A DNA stretch of 64,000 nucleotides from Eledone cirrhosa (taxonomy: Eukaryota): positions 42,842,001-42,906,000 of the forward strand of contig OZ024743.1 in the NCBI GenBank assembly GCA_964016885.1, written 5' to 3'. The notes beneath the pieces are model-generated. The model searched no databases. It was not told the origin of the DNA and worked only from the letters and a program-made list of their open reading frames with translations. Shown here one piece after another: positions 42,779 through 55,818 of this stretch. Numbering within the stretch: the first letter of the stretch is position 1; each line of letters opens with the position of its first letter. The position numbers and the translations under genes were made by a program.

Positions 42779-45209
42779 AATCGAAAATGCAACTGGAGTA
42801 TTATTTACAAAAAAATATATATATTTATTTGTTTCTTTTACCGGTTTCGCAGTTCTTTTGCTTTTCAAAAGTAGAGTTGAGATGGAGGGTCTGTGGTTTT
42901 TCTCACATCTGGTTGGTCTTTGAATATTACTTGTTTTATATGGAAAAAAGTGGTTCGAAAAACCAGGTTTTTAGAGAAGTAATTTGATTGGTTGGTCAAT
43001 AATTATAATAAATTTCGCGCCAGTTCGCGTTACAAAGTTCTTCAAACAAGGGGAGGGGGGCTCAGGTTGTTTTTTCATATATAAGTGTTTGAATTTCTTT
43101 TTACTTAAAACAAAGGGGTTCACGAAGGCTTCTTTTTTATAAACGTAATTTGATTGGTTATAAATGAAATTATGGTTGTCACGTGAACAAGTTTTCATTA
43201 AATTTCGCGCCCTTATTTGGAAATCTATTCTGTAGCCTTTTTAGAGAATTTTATGACAAGCAAAAGATAATGGTCAAGAGAAATGGGATGGGAGAATTGT
43301 TCTGGTTCAGTGAATATGGTGAGTTCGCTGGGGTGTCAGAATTCAGACTTTCTATTGAAATAAAGAAAGTAAAGATATGTATGTTTATTTGTGTTTTTGT
43401 GTGTGTATGTTGTGTGTGTGTTTGAATTTATATTTACTTTTAAAAAAAGGGGGCTCACGAAGGCTTTTTTTTAATAAACGTAATTTGATTGGTTATAAAT
43501 GAAATTATGGCTGTCACGTGAACAAGTTTTCATTAAATTTCGCGCAAAGGACAACCGAAATCACTGAAAACATTACTCACCATTGCAAAATTACCTACCA
43601 CAAACCCACAACCGACTGTCAAAAAATGTGGTCGCTCTAATTGTGGAACCTGCACTCACCTCATTGAAGGTAACACGTATACATTTAAATCATGACAAAA
43701 TTTTGCTGCAAAAAATCACTTAACTTGCTCATCAAAAAGTCTAATTTAAGCCATTAAATGTAAAGGATGCAATGAAGATATATAGGACAAACTAAACTCA
43801 CACTCAGAAACAGAATGACAGTTCATCGCCAACAATTACGAGATCCAACCACGAGACAGATACCACTAAGCGCATATCTAGACATATGCGCAAGTAATAA
43901 GACACCCACATTTCAAGTCTTCCCATTTTACCTATGTTTATTCAAAAATATAGACCACCATTAAATATGGTTTAATATACATTATGTCAACATCATAACA
44001 TGCTAACCATCCAAACAGACACATACACACACACATAACACCTGCTACTTTAGAAAATAATAACCCGAACTAAATAAACCTTAACATACGTTTGCGCTGA
44101 CAATACAACAGAACAAATACGAATAAGTAAGGAAAATATGTTTATTCAAAAATATTCCTACTAAAGGAATCATTTTCCTCCACACACACACACACACACA
44201 CACAATATATATATATATTCTCTTCATCTTAACATGCTAAACATACTCCCACACACATATAACACCCATACACACACATGACCCCCCCCCCACACACACA
44301 CACACACGCACACAACTCCCTCCCCCATTTCTACTAATATAATCACTTTCCTACACACATATATACACACACACAAAATATATATATTCTCTCCATCTTA
44401 ACATACTCCCACACACACATATAACACCCATATACACACATAGAACTCCACCCCCATTTCTACTAATAGAATCATCAACCAATAAACACACACACACACA
44501 AGCACAAATAAACATACATATCTTTACTTTCTTTATTTCAATAGAAAATCTGAATTCTGACACCCCCAGCGAACTAACCATATTCACTGAACCAGAACAA
44601 TTCTCCCATCCCATTTCTCTTGACCATTATCTTTTGCTTGTCATAAATTCTCTAAAAAGCTACAGAATAGATTTCCAAATACGGGCGCGAAATTTAATGA
44701 AAACTTGTTCATGTGACAACCATAATTTCATTTATAACCAATCAAATTATGTTTATAAAAGTGAAGCCTTCGTGAACCCCTTTGTTTTAAGTAAAAATAA
44801 ATTCAAACACTCATATATGAAAAAACAACCTGAGTCCCCCTGCCCTTGTTTGAAGCACTTTGTAACGCGAACTGGCGCGAAATTTATTATAATTATTGAC
44901 CAACCAATCAAATTACTTCTCTAAAAACCTGGCTTTTCGAACCACTTTTTTCCATATAAAACAAGTAACATTCAAAGACCAACCAGATGTGAGAAAAACC
45001 ACAGACACTCCATCTCAACTCTACTTTTGAAAAGCAGAAGAACTGTGCAACCGGTAAAGGAACCAAACAAATATATATATATATATTTTTAAATAATACT
45101 CCAGTTGCATTTTCGATTTCATCTATTTTTCTTTATACTTTCACTCGTGTAGGACACCTCGGTCATTTTTCATTCTGTAAAAATAAAAAATAAATAAAGC
45201 AAAACCCAC

Positions 45210-45215
<6 letters not shown>
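42779..45215 (+). mobile_element. 5'-truncated Neptune-type PLE with an about 620-bp inverted pLTR at the 5' end
   Basis: 42779-43405 is the reverse complement of about 44485-45118; extra partial inverted piece at 43425-43545; EN relic 43547-43935 (QPKSLKTLLT..CGRSNCGTC..IKCKGC..IGQT..RMTVHRQQLRDP..RQIPLS..FPFY); about 95-nt tail before (TA)n. Confidence 0.9.
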
Positions 45216-45254
<39 letters not shown>

Positions 45255-45257
<3 letters not shown>

Positions 45258-45748
45258 GGGATAACAAGTTATCGTTTTAGGTAATCCTGTTAGTGTGAGT
45301 ACTCTGTACTATGGATAGTTTTAACGTACGGAGTTGTTTGACTCAACAAGAGGTTTCCTTAGTTAGGTAGCGAGTTGGCGAGAATTCCCATGTAGGTTAT
45401 TCTTGGAGTAATAATAGTGAACGAGTGAAGAATAACATAGCCGGCTGTACAAACATGGTTTTATTTACAGTATTAACAATTATTTCGTTGATCAGGTGAG
45501 TCTAAAGGCCGCTTATCACCCGAAATTGCGCCACTCGACCTTAAATACATTGTGTGTCCCTAATCAAATCATCGGAATACAGTATTCCGATGATTTGATC
45601 AGATAAACACACTGTATTTAAGGTCGAGTGACGCAATTTCGAGTGATTAGCGGCCTTTAGATTCACCTGATCAATGAAACAATTGTTAATACTGTAAATA
45701 AAACCCTTTTTGTGCAGCCGACCATCTTATTCTTCACTCTTTCACTAT
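45255..45748. mobile_element. Tail plus near loop-free hairpin (about 165-bp arms, 1-nt loop at 45581)
   Basis: 45414-45580 pairs with 45582-45748; tail 45255-45413 is homologous to 27229-27385. Confidence 0.85.
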
Positions 45749-45758
45749 ATATATATAT

Positions 45759-46630
45759 ATTCTCAGGGAAAACTCGGCGTATGGAAGCTGTTAGAACAGC
45801 AAAATGCCATCGAAGCAGCGTTGGGTAAAATATTACCTCGAAGGACTGACGCCGAGTTTTCCCATTTCCCTGAGAATCCTAAAACACTCGCGTTTCAAAA
45901 CTCTTTTTTCGAGTTAATTTGTTTATATATAGATGTGAGTTTACTCAACTCGAAGGAAGGCAGGAAGATAAGATAGGAAGTAGGAAAAAGAATGTATGAG
46001 ATTGAACAGGTCACGAACATTAAATGATGTCCTTTAGATTTCAACCTTCTGCAGTTTCGACGATTTAATGAGATTATTGCGCGGAATAGGAGGCTCGTAA
46101 CCGATAAACAAATATCTTCGTTCATATAATGTTTGTATTAGCACAGATTAGTGAGAGAGAGAAAGATGAATTGCGTCTGATCAACCTCCAAATCGTCGCG
46201 AGAAATGAAGAATATTGGCGTCAGTAGAACTAGAATGTAGATGGGAGAGAAGGTGGAGGAAGAAGGTGACAGTAGGAGGGAGAGTGGCAAAGATAGGGAG
46301 CAGTGAGAAAGAATGGAGAGAAAGAAAGGATGAATATATGAATGCACATGGACAGAGGAAGAGGTATCCGTCTGTGTTAGAAGGCTAAGATAACATTTGA
46401 AGGTATAAACAAATTAACTCGAAAATAGAGTTTTGAGACGCGAGTGTATTAGGATTCTCAGGGAAATGGGAAACCTCGGCGAATGGAAGCTGTAAAAACA
46501 GCAAAATGCCGTCCGAGCGGCGTTGGGTAAAATATTACCTCGAAGGCAGACGCCGAGTTTTCCCATTTCCCTGAGAATGCTAAAACACTCGCGTCTCAAA
46601 ACTCTATTTTCGATAAAATTTGTTTATATA
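45759..46630. mobile_element. Non-coding element with nested direct and inverted terminal repeats around a purine-rich core
   Basis: 45759-45930 is directly repeated at 46454-46630; 46405-46480 is inverted relative to 46552-46630; (TA)n flanks. Confidence 0.8.
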
Positions 46631-46663
46631 TATATATATATATAATATAGTAATAATAATAAG

Positions 46664-46714
46664 AGTTTCAGAAGATCCCGTTAAGGGTGAAAGCAGCGAT
46701 TATTTGCTTAAACT
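46664..46714 (+). ncRNA. Second copy of the CAGAAGA-core hammerhead-like motif
   Basis: Near-identical to 1386-1436. Confidence 0.65.
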
Positions 46715-46805
46715 TTAATCTGTTATTTTAATAAATATATATATAATAAATATATATTACTGAATCTTAACCATCTACTAAGTCAAGGTATGTCATGCAT
46801 CATCT

Positions 46806-46872
46806 TATTTTATCTGATGAGGATGTGCTGTTGAAGAGAGCTCAGTACCTCTGAAATATGTATAATAAAATA
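46806..46872 (+). ncRNA. Type I hammerhead ribozyme
   Basis: tattttat-CTGATGA-gga tgtgctg..cagtac ctct-GAAA-tatgta-TA-ataaaata. Confidence 0.75.
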
Positions 46873-47001
46873 TACTTGATCACACGAATGACTATTTTTG
46901 TTAATATTTTGAATTAATAATAATAACTCCGGAAAACCAACTGTAGAGTGCTTCCAATCTATTGTAAAACTCACTCTTTGATTTATTCATTGAACCTTGT
47001 T

Positions 47002-47083
<82 letters not shown>

Positions 47084-47087
<4 letters not shown>

Positions 47088-47737
47088 TATGTAACCCATT
47101 TGCAACTCCGCAGCGCCCTTATTATCATATTTACACATATTTTTTCCTTTGCTGCTACGCGTCTTTTTCGTTCTATGTATCTTTACCCTTTCTAGCAGTC
47201 TCTCACTCTGTTAGCCTCTTCCTCACCCTTCACTCACTCATTCTCTGTCACTACCTCTCCTCCTCCTCTTTCTTCCCGTTTGACCTGTGTGTAATTCTTT
47301 TCTCTCGCACGCTGGCCAAGCTGGTATTAATTTTTTCTCTCTCTCGTCTACGATTTCACAGACCTTATGTTTACCGAATTCGCAGACCAGACTCCTTCTT
47401 CCTCCCGTTAGACCTGTGCGAAATTCCTTCCTTGCTCACATTTCAACCAGGTTTGATGGTCTTTATTCTCTCGTTCACGATTTCACCGAATTTAAATTCA
47501 TAGAAATCTGGGACTTGTCTCTTTCTTCCTCACTTTCTGTTGCTTCACCATTTTGTTTGTTTACCCTCGCGTCCCCTTTATTTACGTGTCCCAACGACTT
47601 TTTTTAGCCGTTGCTCGCACCAACCGGAGGTATATGGTCTTTAAAGCGATGAAATGCCTATGATGGTTGGAAGATCACTGATGAAGGACAAACTTTTTTC
47701 ATATGTAACCCATTTGCAACTCCGCAGCGCCCTTATT

Positions 47738-47744
<7 letters not shown>
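47084..47744 (+). mobile_element. Non-coding element with a 47-bp direct terminal repeat (period 614 nt)
   Basis: 47084-47130 equals 47698-47744; pyrimidine-rich core; homologous to 50431-51157. Confidence 0.8.
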
Positions 47745-47805
<61 letters not shown>

Positions 47806-48639
47806 GGATCAGTCTTTTGTAGACAGCTCTCAGTTTCTGTATTGTTGGATACACGTACATGACAAAACAGATCGGATACGGCATTTAACCTGTTTTATTG
47901 TGCTTGATGTTATAGATTGAGCAGTCTCTCATAAATATCTTGTTGCTTTTCCGTGTCACCGAGTATGATAAATTAAATCGTTTAACCATTTAAGTACAAG
48001 GAGTGACATATCGACATTATAATAGAAATTATCTTTAAACCGGATTTGTTGACGTTCATTAATTCCTTTATTAAAAACATTCTGAGTCTGGTAGGTGTTT
48101 CGATACGTAAAATAAATAGCATATTATATCTGTTATTATTTAATTTGAAGGTAAATAGGCCTATATTTGTTGGCATAGAAGAAGAGAAATACAGAGGATC
48201 TTTGAATTGGAGAGGTAAAGAAATATATGATCAATATCAGAAATATATTACGAGGAAAAAAGGGAATGATGGTAAACATATGTGGAAAGTAATGTTTACA
48301 TTAAATGTAAGTGTGGAGGATAGGAGTTCCAATCTTGTAAGTTCATATGATTCGGTTGTGTGTGTTTGGGATATGAAGTTGAAATGTATATTTTCGTATT
48401 AACTTGCAATTAACAATTGGTGTGTTTATTTCGTGAATCGTAATACAATTTATGTGTTATGTTGTGTGCTTGACAGTAGATTTTGTATAACATCTATTTT
48501 CTATTGGTATCGTTGTGTACACGAAATGTTTTGCGGGCGATTCTGTGGTAAAGTTTATTCGGGGTTGAAGATATGCACTAGCATTAGGGGTGAAAATATG
48601 TACTAGCCTGGTTTATATTTACATAATATTTTACCGATT

Positions 48640-49130
48640 GAACATACAGGCCGGCCTGGAGCTTAATAGGTTTCTTCTAGTCATTATGTCTAGCTCGTCG
48701 AGGCAGCAAATCTCACTTTCACGTCGTTAGCACTGATATGGCTAAGCAGGTGGTCAAATTACCATGAGATGTTATATTCGAAGGTATCCTGTTTTATTTA
48801 GTCGATTTGCTCGCAAACGTGTTGGATTTTTTTGTATGTTTAGGTATTTAAATGAGTGTATGTGCACTCATGAGACATTTGAGGAAGCACCTGCATATTT
48901 GTACGTAGCCAGTGTCAAGTTAATTTTACATTCATATGTATTATTTTAAACATGCTCCCATCAAACGACATTTATCAATTTGTCTATTGTGCAGTTTGTT
49001 CAGGTGGGCTGTTCGAGGTTCATCACTGTCCATGTTTTTGGAGTGGTTGGGGGTCTGGTAATAAGTTGATTGAGAAGGATTTTCTTTTTTTTCAAAAGTT
49101 TTCTGTTTATGTATGTGTGTCAATGTTATT
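48640..49130 (-). pseudogene. Highly degenerate Naiad-type GIY-YIG relic
   Basis: DKCRLMGACLK..YECKINLTLATYKYAGASSN..HIHSFKY..FEYNISW..CCLDELDIM across frameshifts. Confidence 0.55.
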
Positions 49131-50056
49131 GTGAATTTGAAATGAATGGTATTCCTTTCTTTTTATGTTGTTGCCAACCATCCGTCCCTATTTTAGTGGG
49201 ATGTTTTTTATCATAAGGGTGGAGACATGAAAGTCGTAATTTAGTGACAAAACTCTCAAGGTTTATGTTAGTAGAATAGAAAAGCATAATGTTTCGCCTG
49301 CCCAGGAGCTTATGGTATATATGGACGACTGGAAAGTATTTACCTATTACTCTAAAGAATAGATTAGAGATTGTTGTTCTACCTCAGTGATATATGATGG
49401 GGACATTTTTGGTTTGTCATGGTCTATGAATTTTTCATATCTATTATTGGTGGTTCCATTTGTTACAGGCTTTATTTTATTATTCTCGTGAGTTACATTC
49501 CTTTGTTGTTTATGTTGGCATGGGTGTACAATTTGAAAAATAGGTTTAAATGTCTTCCAGAGTAAAGTGGAAGACGAATGTGATTCACGCGGGCCTAAGT
49601 CATGATTGATTGTATTATAGAATCCAGTTATATAGAATGCTACATTATAGTAGTCCGCGTGTCTCTTGAAGATGCCTCCGTTTGTGGAGAGTTTAGAGAT
49701 ACTTAAAAACCTTCATGTTTCCTGAGATTTGCTAATACTATAACTGATATCCCCTCGTCCATACACCCGACGCACACATGTATTTCATGAGGCGTACACT
49801 GTTCATTTTCCACATTATTCTATGTACTATACATGCACCTTTGATGAGTTGTAGTGCACCTGAACACTGTACACAATAGTTTCATTATTATTATTTATTA
49901 TATACACTATTTACAAGAGACCTAATTGAAGTCCGTATGTGGTTAGGGTTTTTTTTATTAACATAGTAATGGTTTTCGTTATGTGTGAAAGGGTTTGAAA
50001 AGAGCAGAATTTAGTTAAAGATTTACGTCGAACACGATGGATAGGGAGACAAACAG

Positions 50057-50087
<31 letters not shown>

Positions 50088-50089
50088 CA

Positions 50090-50172
<83 letters not shown>

Positions 50173-50347
50173 TTTCAGTGAATCGTATCGGCTCCCAAAA
50201 CAAAAAGAAAGGCAATTTTCGAGATATACCGGCAAGCGCTCAATGGACTAGGAAGAAGCCAGAGCAATTAACATATTATAAAAATGGCTGCGAATCGACA
50301 AGCCAGGCAGCCGAAAAATCGAGCAAGCTAAACAGGTTAACATATAT

Positions 50348-50430
<83 letters not shown>

Positions 50431-50435
<5 letters not shown>

Positions 50436-51154
50436 AAAAAATGGGGAGAAGAATACTGCATGGTTGCACATGGATAACATGTTATAAAATGAGTCCCTCA
50501 TCAGTGATTTACCAACGGTCATAGGTATTTCATTGCATTAAAAATCATATACCTCACGTTGGCGCAATAATTACTAAAATAAGTTATTAGGACAACTAAA
50601 ACGCGTAAAGCGAGTGAGACAAGTAAACAACACAGAGGAAAGCTAACCGAAGATAGGAAGAGACACAAGCTACATAGTTATTCTATCAGTATAAGCTGGG
50701 TGAATATATGAGCGAGTAGAAAATAGACCTTTCGAGATGAATCGGATGTAAGAAAGAAGGAAAATCGTTAACGTCGCGAACGGGGGGAAGTGAGAAGGGG
50801 AGAAACAGTGAGTGAGTGAGTGGAAGTGTGAGGAAGAAGTCAGTAGAGAGAAAGTGTTAACTGACATGACAGAGGGGACGAAAGAAAGTAAGAGAAACAG
50901 AGAGAACGAGGGAGCAGTAAGAGAGAGAGAGAGAAAAACAGAATCGCAGTTTAGGTAAATATATGTGAAAAAATGGGGAGAAGAATACTGCATGGTTGCA
51001 CATGGATAACATGTTATAAAATGAGTCCCTCATCAGTGATTTACCAACGGTCATAGGTGTTTCATTGCATTAAACATCATATACCTCACGTTGGCGCAAT
51101 AATAACTAAAATAAGTTATCAGGACAATTAAAACGCGTAAAGCGAGTGAGACAA

Positions 51155-51157
<3 letters not shown>
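50431..51157 (-). mobile_element. Non-coding element with an about 195-bp direct terminal repeat (period 532 nt)
   Basis: 50431-50625 matches 50963-51157; conserved block gaggtatatg..atgaaa..cctatga..gttgg..atcaCTGATGA shared with 47628-47690. Confidence 0.8.
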
Positions 51158-51198
<41 letters not shown>

Positions 51199-51199
51199 G

Positions 51200-51652
51200 T
51201 GCAAAAGTTCTATTTAAATTGTTGGGATACAACACGCAAATATTTTTATAACTGATATAAAGCACTCGACAAGTATTTGGAGTAAATATACGATATTAAC
51301 AAATGGAAACTATATTTATAAAACCATATCTATTTTATTATACATATTTCAAGGATACCATGTTAAATTATGGTATGCTTTCATCAGACAAAATACAATA
51401 TATACCAGTTTTATAAATAAATATTGACATACTCTTTCAAAATACAACCGTTACTTTTGGAAGACATCCCGATGTCTTCCAAAAGTAACGGTTGAATTTT
51501 GAAATAGTATGTCAATATTTATTTATAAAACTGGTATATATTGTATTTTGTCTGATGAAAGCATACCATAATTTAACATGGTATCCTTGAAATATGTATA
51601 ACAAAATAGAAATATTTTTATAAATATAGTTTCCATTTGTTAATATCGTATA
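51200..51652. mobile_element. Tail plus hairpin (183-bp arms, 2-nt loop) with an HHR in each arm
   Basis: 51286-51468 pairs with 51471-51652. Confidence 0.88.
51544..51608 (+). ncRNA. Type I hammerhead ribozyme (mirror copy on the minus strand at 51331-51395)
   Basis: tattttgt-CTGATGA-aag c atacca..tggtat c ctt-GAAA-tatgta-TA-acaaaata. Confidence 0.85.
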
Positions 51653-51744
51653 TATATATATATATATATTATATAGTAATAATAATAAATTTGAAGACTA
51701 AAATCCAAAGAGGGCTCAAGTATAAATATATATCAAATATATAA

Positions 51745-51788
<44 letters not shown>

Positions 51789-51791
<3 letters not shown>

Positions 51792-53969
51792 ATTAAAATA
51801 CTGGAGCGTGTTGGAGTTAAACACCCTCTTCGTATTATAGAAATGACAGTAAAAGGTATAGCTCAATGCAGTTAAACAGAGCCGAAAAATTAAGAGAGTA
51901 AAACAAAGAAGCCTTTAATACATCAAAAGTTTTTATTAGCCGACAATGTTTCCTATTAAGGACTCATCAGGGCAATTAAAACAACAAGAAGTAATATCGG
52001 CAGATACAAGCCGGAAGCTCCGAAGAATATGGAGTGTACATACACTAAAGTCTTGCAAAAATATATAATAAAAATAATAAAAATATATAATAAGAATAAC
52101 TAAGGATGTATATAACATTAAGAACCATATTACAAATATAGTCCAAAGCAAATAACCTAGAGCTAAACGAAGGTGTTTATATAGAGCAGGAATTATATAT
52201 AACACAATGTAATATAATATAATACATTATAATAATATACCTTTACCAACATTAAAATTACAATAAAAATCAAAAGGTACAATATGCACATGTATATATG
52301 TGCGCACACGCACACACACACACACATACAACAATACGCACATCTATCTTCAACTACACAAATTAAACCTTATTAGGAGTTTGAATATAAAAATAAGCAT
52401 GATAAGAGTGAAAATAATAATAATAATAATACCAATACATCTACCCTATATACATGAGGTAATAATATGATATAATTACAAGAAACACATATAATAAATA
52501 ATAAACAATACAATTATATAATTCAATATAATAGATGATCCCCGGTTAATTTACACAAACAATATAGATGTCACAATAATAATATAATAATAATATATTA
52601 ACAATGTGCTAACATTTACAATAAACAATATATAATGGTATTCAAGTAAACAAGTCGATTCATACTGGGTTACAGAGTAAATGAGGAAAAATAAATTATA
52701 CAATACTCAAAAAACATTGTGATGGTACAGAAAAATACAAACATCTTACATGATATATAAAGTTTAAATATCATAATGTTACATATAATGAACAGTAAGT
52801 AATAAGGATCAATATTACAATACAATATAATATAATATATTATATAAAATAAATTGACATAATATAATATATAATTACTTATAATTACAAGGTTAGTAGA
52901 CAGACATATGTGGATGTGTAAGTAAGTGCCAGTGAGTGAATAGTAAATAGTAAATATAATGCCCAGTAGTATTTCAAATAAAATATAGAATATAAAATAT
53001 AGAATAAAATAAATAAATAAATATAATCAACCGGAAATTACAAAACAAAAACAAACATATACATTTAGGTCTCACATGCGGTTAAGTAGTTAAGTAAAAA
53101 CTAAGGAAAACAATCCCTGTAAATGACTTGAAAACCCTATTTGATAAATTAATATTAAAAATATTTAAACTATCCAATAAGGTAGTATAATATTAGCTAT
53201 AGTTTAAGTCATTAAAGTTTATAAACTTTAATGTTTCGTTACAAATGTTTACAAAAAGGAATGAAATTTGTTTACTATCATATACATAACGATATCTAAA
53301 AAACTGACTTAAATAGAATTAAGGTAGGCTAATGGGGACAGAATTGAAGAAATATATGGAGGATGCAAAGGGGCATAAGATATAGTCGATATACTATAAT
53401 AAATAATAGAACGGAGCGTTAAATATAATCATAGTCTATTTGGAGGGGTTGACAATAAGTTTATGTGCGCATGGGGGGGGGGGGGATCCAAACATTTTAT
53501 TTTTAATTTTATTTTTATTTTTTATTTTATTCAGATTCACCTTTGGATACCCCCCTCCCCTCCCCCTCTCCCCATGCGCACATAAACTTATTGTCAACCC
53601 CTCCAAATAGACTATGATTATATTTAACCCCCCCCTCTTTTACGCTCCGTTCTATTATTTATTATAGTATATCGACTATATCTTATGCCCCTTTGCATCC
53701 TCCATATATTTCTTCAATTCTGTCCCCATTAGCCTACCTTAATGTTATATACATCCTTAGTTATTCTTATTATATATTTTTATTATTTTTATTATATATT
53801 TTTGCAAGACTTTAGTGTATGTACACTCCATATTCTTCGGAGCTTCCGGCTTGTATCTGCCGATATTACTTCTTGTTGTTTTAATTGCCCTGATGAGTCC
53901 TTAATAGGACGAAACATTGTCGGCTAATAAAAACTTTTGATGTATTAAAGGCTTCTTTGTTTTAATCTC

Positions 53970-53974
<5 letters not shown>
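51789..53974 (-). mobile_element. 2.2-kb PLE-like 3' region with about 235-bp inverted pLTRs, a 100-nt tail and a nested fold-back
   Basis: 51889-52122 pairs with 53738-53974; inner inverted repeat 53318-53477 / 53570-53743; (TA)n flanks. Confidence 0.85.
53887..53924 (+). ncRNA. Canonical minimal type I hammerhead ribozyme (partner copy with a 3-nt deletion at 51939-51973, minus strand)
   Basis: gcc-CTGATGA-gtcc ttaata ggac-GAAA-cattg-TC-ggc. Confidence 0.92.
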
Positions 53975-54046
<72 letters not shown>

Positions 54047-54932
54047 TCAGTAGATAGATGGATAGATTTAAATTTAAATACAGTTAGTAGCTTTTTATGT
54101 CTGTCCCAATGACTTATTCTGTTTGCTTCCTGTATATCATATTATATTCAAGTATGTGTATGTATATATGTGTGTGTGTCTTTGTTTGCATGAGTGCGTG
54201 TATGTATCATAATTACTGCATACATATGCTTCAATTTGATATGTATATATTTGATATGCACATCCCCGTCTACTCATACGTGTATAGTTATATGATTTTG
54301 CTTCTGAAAAAATAACACAGAATGACTATGCTTTACTGAAAATATACATTAATATAGTCTTAAATATTCTTAAAAATTAATATATCCGATGGAAACGAAA
54401 AAATGAGAAAAATATAATAAAATAAAAAACATAAAGGAATATAGCATTTGTTTTCTAGTGGCTGTATTTCTCAAGATATTTATTTTTTTTTCGTTTATTC
54501 CCATTATAATAACTATATCAGCAAATATTTAATGATCTGGTAGTTTTTATAGATTTTTTTCGTTTCTATAGAAGCATTGCAAATTGGAATTTAGAGTAGG
54601 GGCTTGTTTGGTAAATAGTTGTGTTATTTAATATGACTTTATAGTGGAGAAATCTAAAACAAATAATTCGTGGTATTGTTGTTTAGTTTGAGGCGAAATC
54701 CCACTGGGTACTGATCTTACTATTTATCAGCATGTATCTTTTATTCATTTAGTGCATTCAGACATTCTGTAGCACCCCTTTCAAGTCACATAATCTATCA
54801 TATGGGGTCCAGTACATTTATCTTTCAATCTTCGTACTTATTTTATATATAATTATTTGCTCTATGATACAGGGAATGATATTGTAAAAGTAATCTCACA
54901 TGCTCACACAATAAAAATCATACGTAGACATA

Positions 54933-55660
54933 TACCAGGACTGGCTGTAACGTTCACGGGCTGACTATGAAGGAGAGAAACTAGAACTGAAGTCTTATTA
55001 ATAACTGCTTAGTTTCTCTCCAAACAAACTGATATCCGACAATTAAAAGAAGACTTTAAAATCTAACTGGAATAGACATTTCTTGAAAATGGACAGAATT
55101 TGGCATCGTGGTATTAGCAAGTACCTGCAGAAAAGGTGTTTAACCACCAAGGACATTCATACTGACATAATTGCTACAATAGGGGATAATTCACCAGATT
55201 TATCAACATTGCAAAGTTGGGTAGTAGATGTTAGGAATATGACCGAATATGACTTGAATATGACTGAAGATCTGGAGGTCCTGCAACTGCCACCTCCGAG
55301 GGAAAAGTATTGATTGTATTCACCATTTGATGATGGATGACAGGCGATTGATTATAAATCAAATAGCCAATGCCATTAGCATATCCCGTGGGTAAATTGA
55401 GAATATTCAACAACTGAAAAAGACAAAGGCTTCTGCTTGGTAGGTACCACGTTTCTGACACGTTATAAAATGGTCGCTAGGCCGATCATATTAAAGGAAA
55501 ATCTGACAGTGTTTCAAGCAGATCCAGCTTGTTTGCTTGGAGATTTCTTAACCCAAGATGAGTGTTGAGTTCATCAATTTGTGCCAGAGACAAAGATACA
55601 ATCCATGCAGTGGGAACCTCCTCACCTGTTCCAAAATGTGCCAAGGTGATTTCCTCTGAT
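54933..55660 (+). mobile_element. Degenerate mariner transposase relic
   Basis: MDRIWHRGISKYLQKRCLTTKDIHTDIIATIGDNSPDLSTLQSWV..; later ASAW*VPRFLT and FLTQDEC*VHQFVPETK.QSMQW motifs. Confidence 0.8.
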
Positions 55661-55784
55661 TTCCTTTAATTAGAAACATAACATATGGTATATTGCCAAA
55701 TATACTATACATACATTCATGTATACATCGCTATTTCAGAGCACCAATCCTTATATATATATATACACACATACGCGTGTGTGT

Positions 55785-55818
<34 letters not shown>

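Noticed and set aside
51936-53927. Duplicated hydrophobic ORF MLYTSLVILIIYF
   Set aside because: Incidental frame in AT-rich inverted pLTR arms; it overlaps the HHR.
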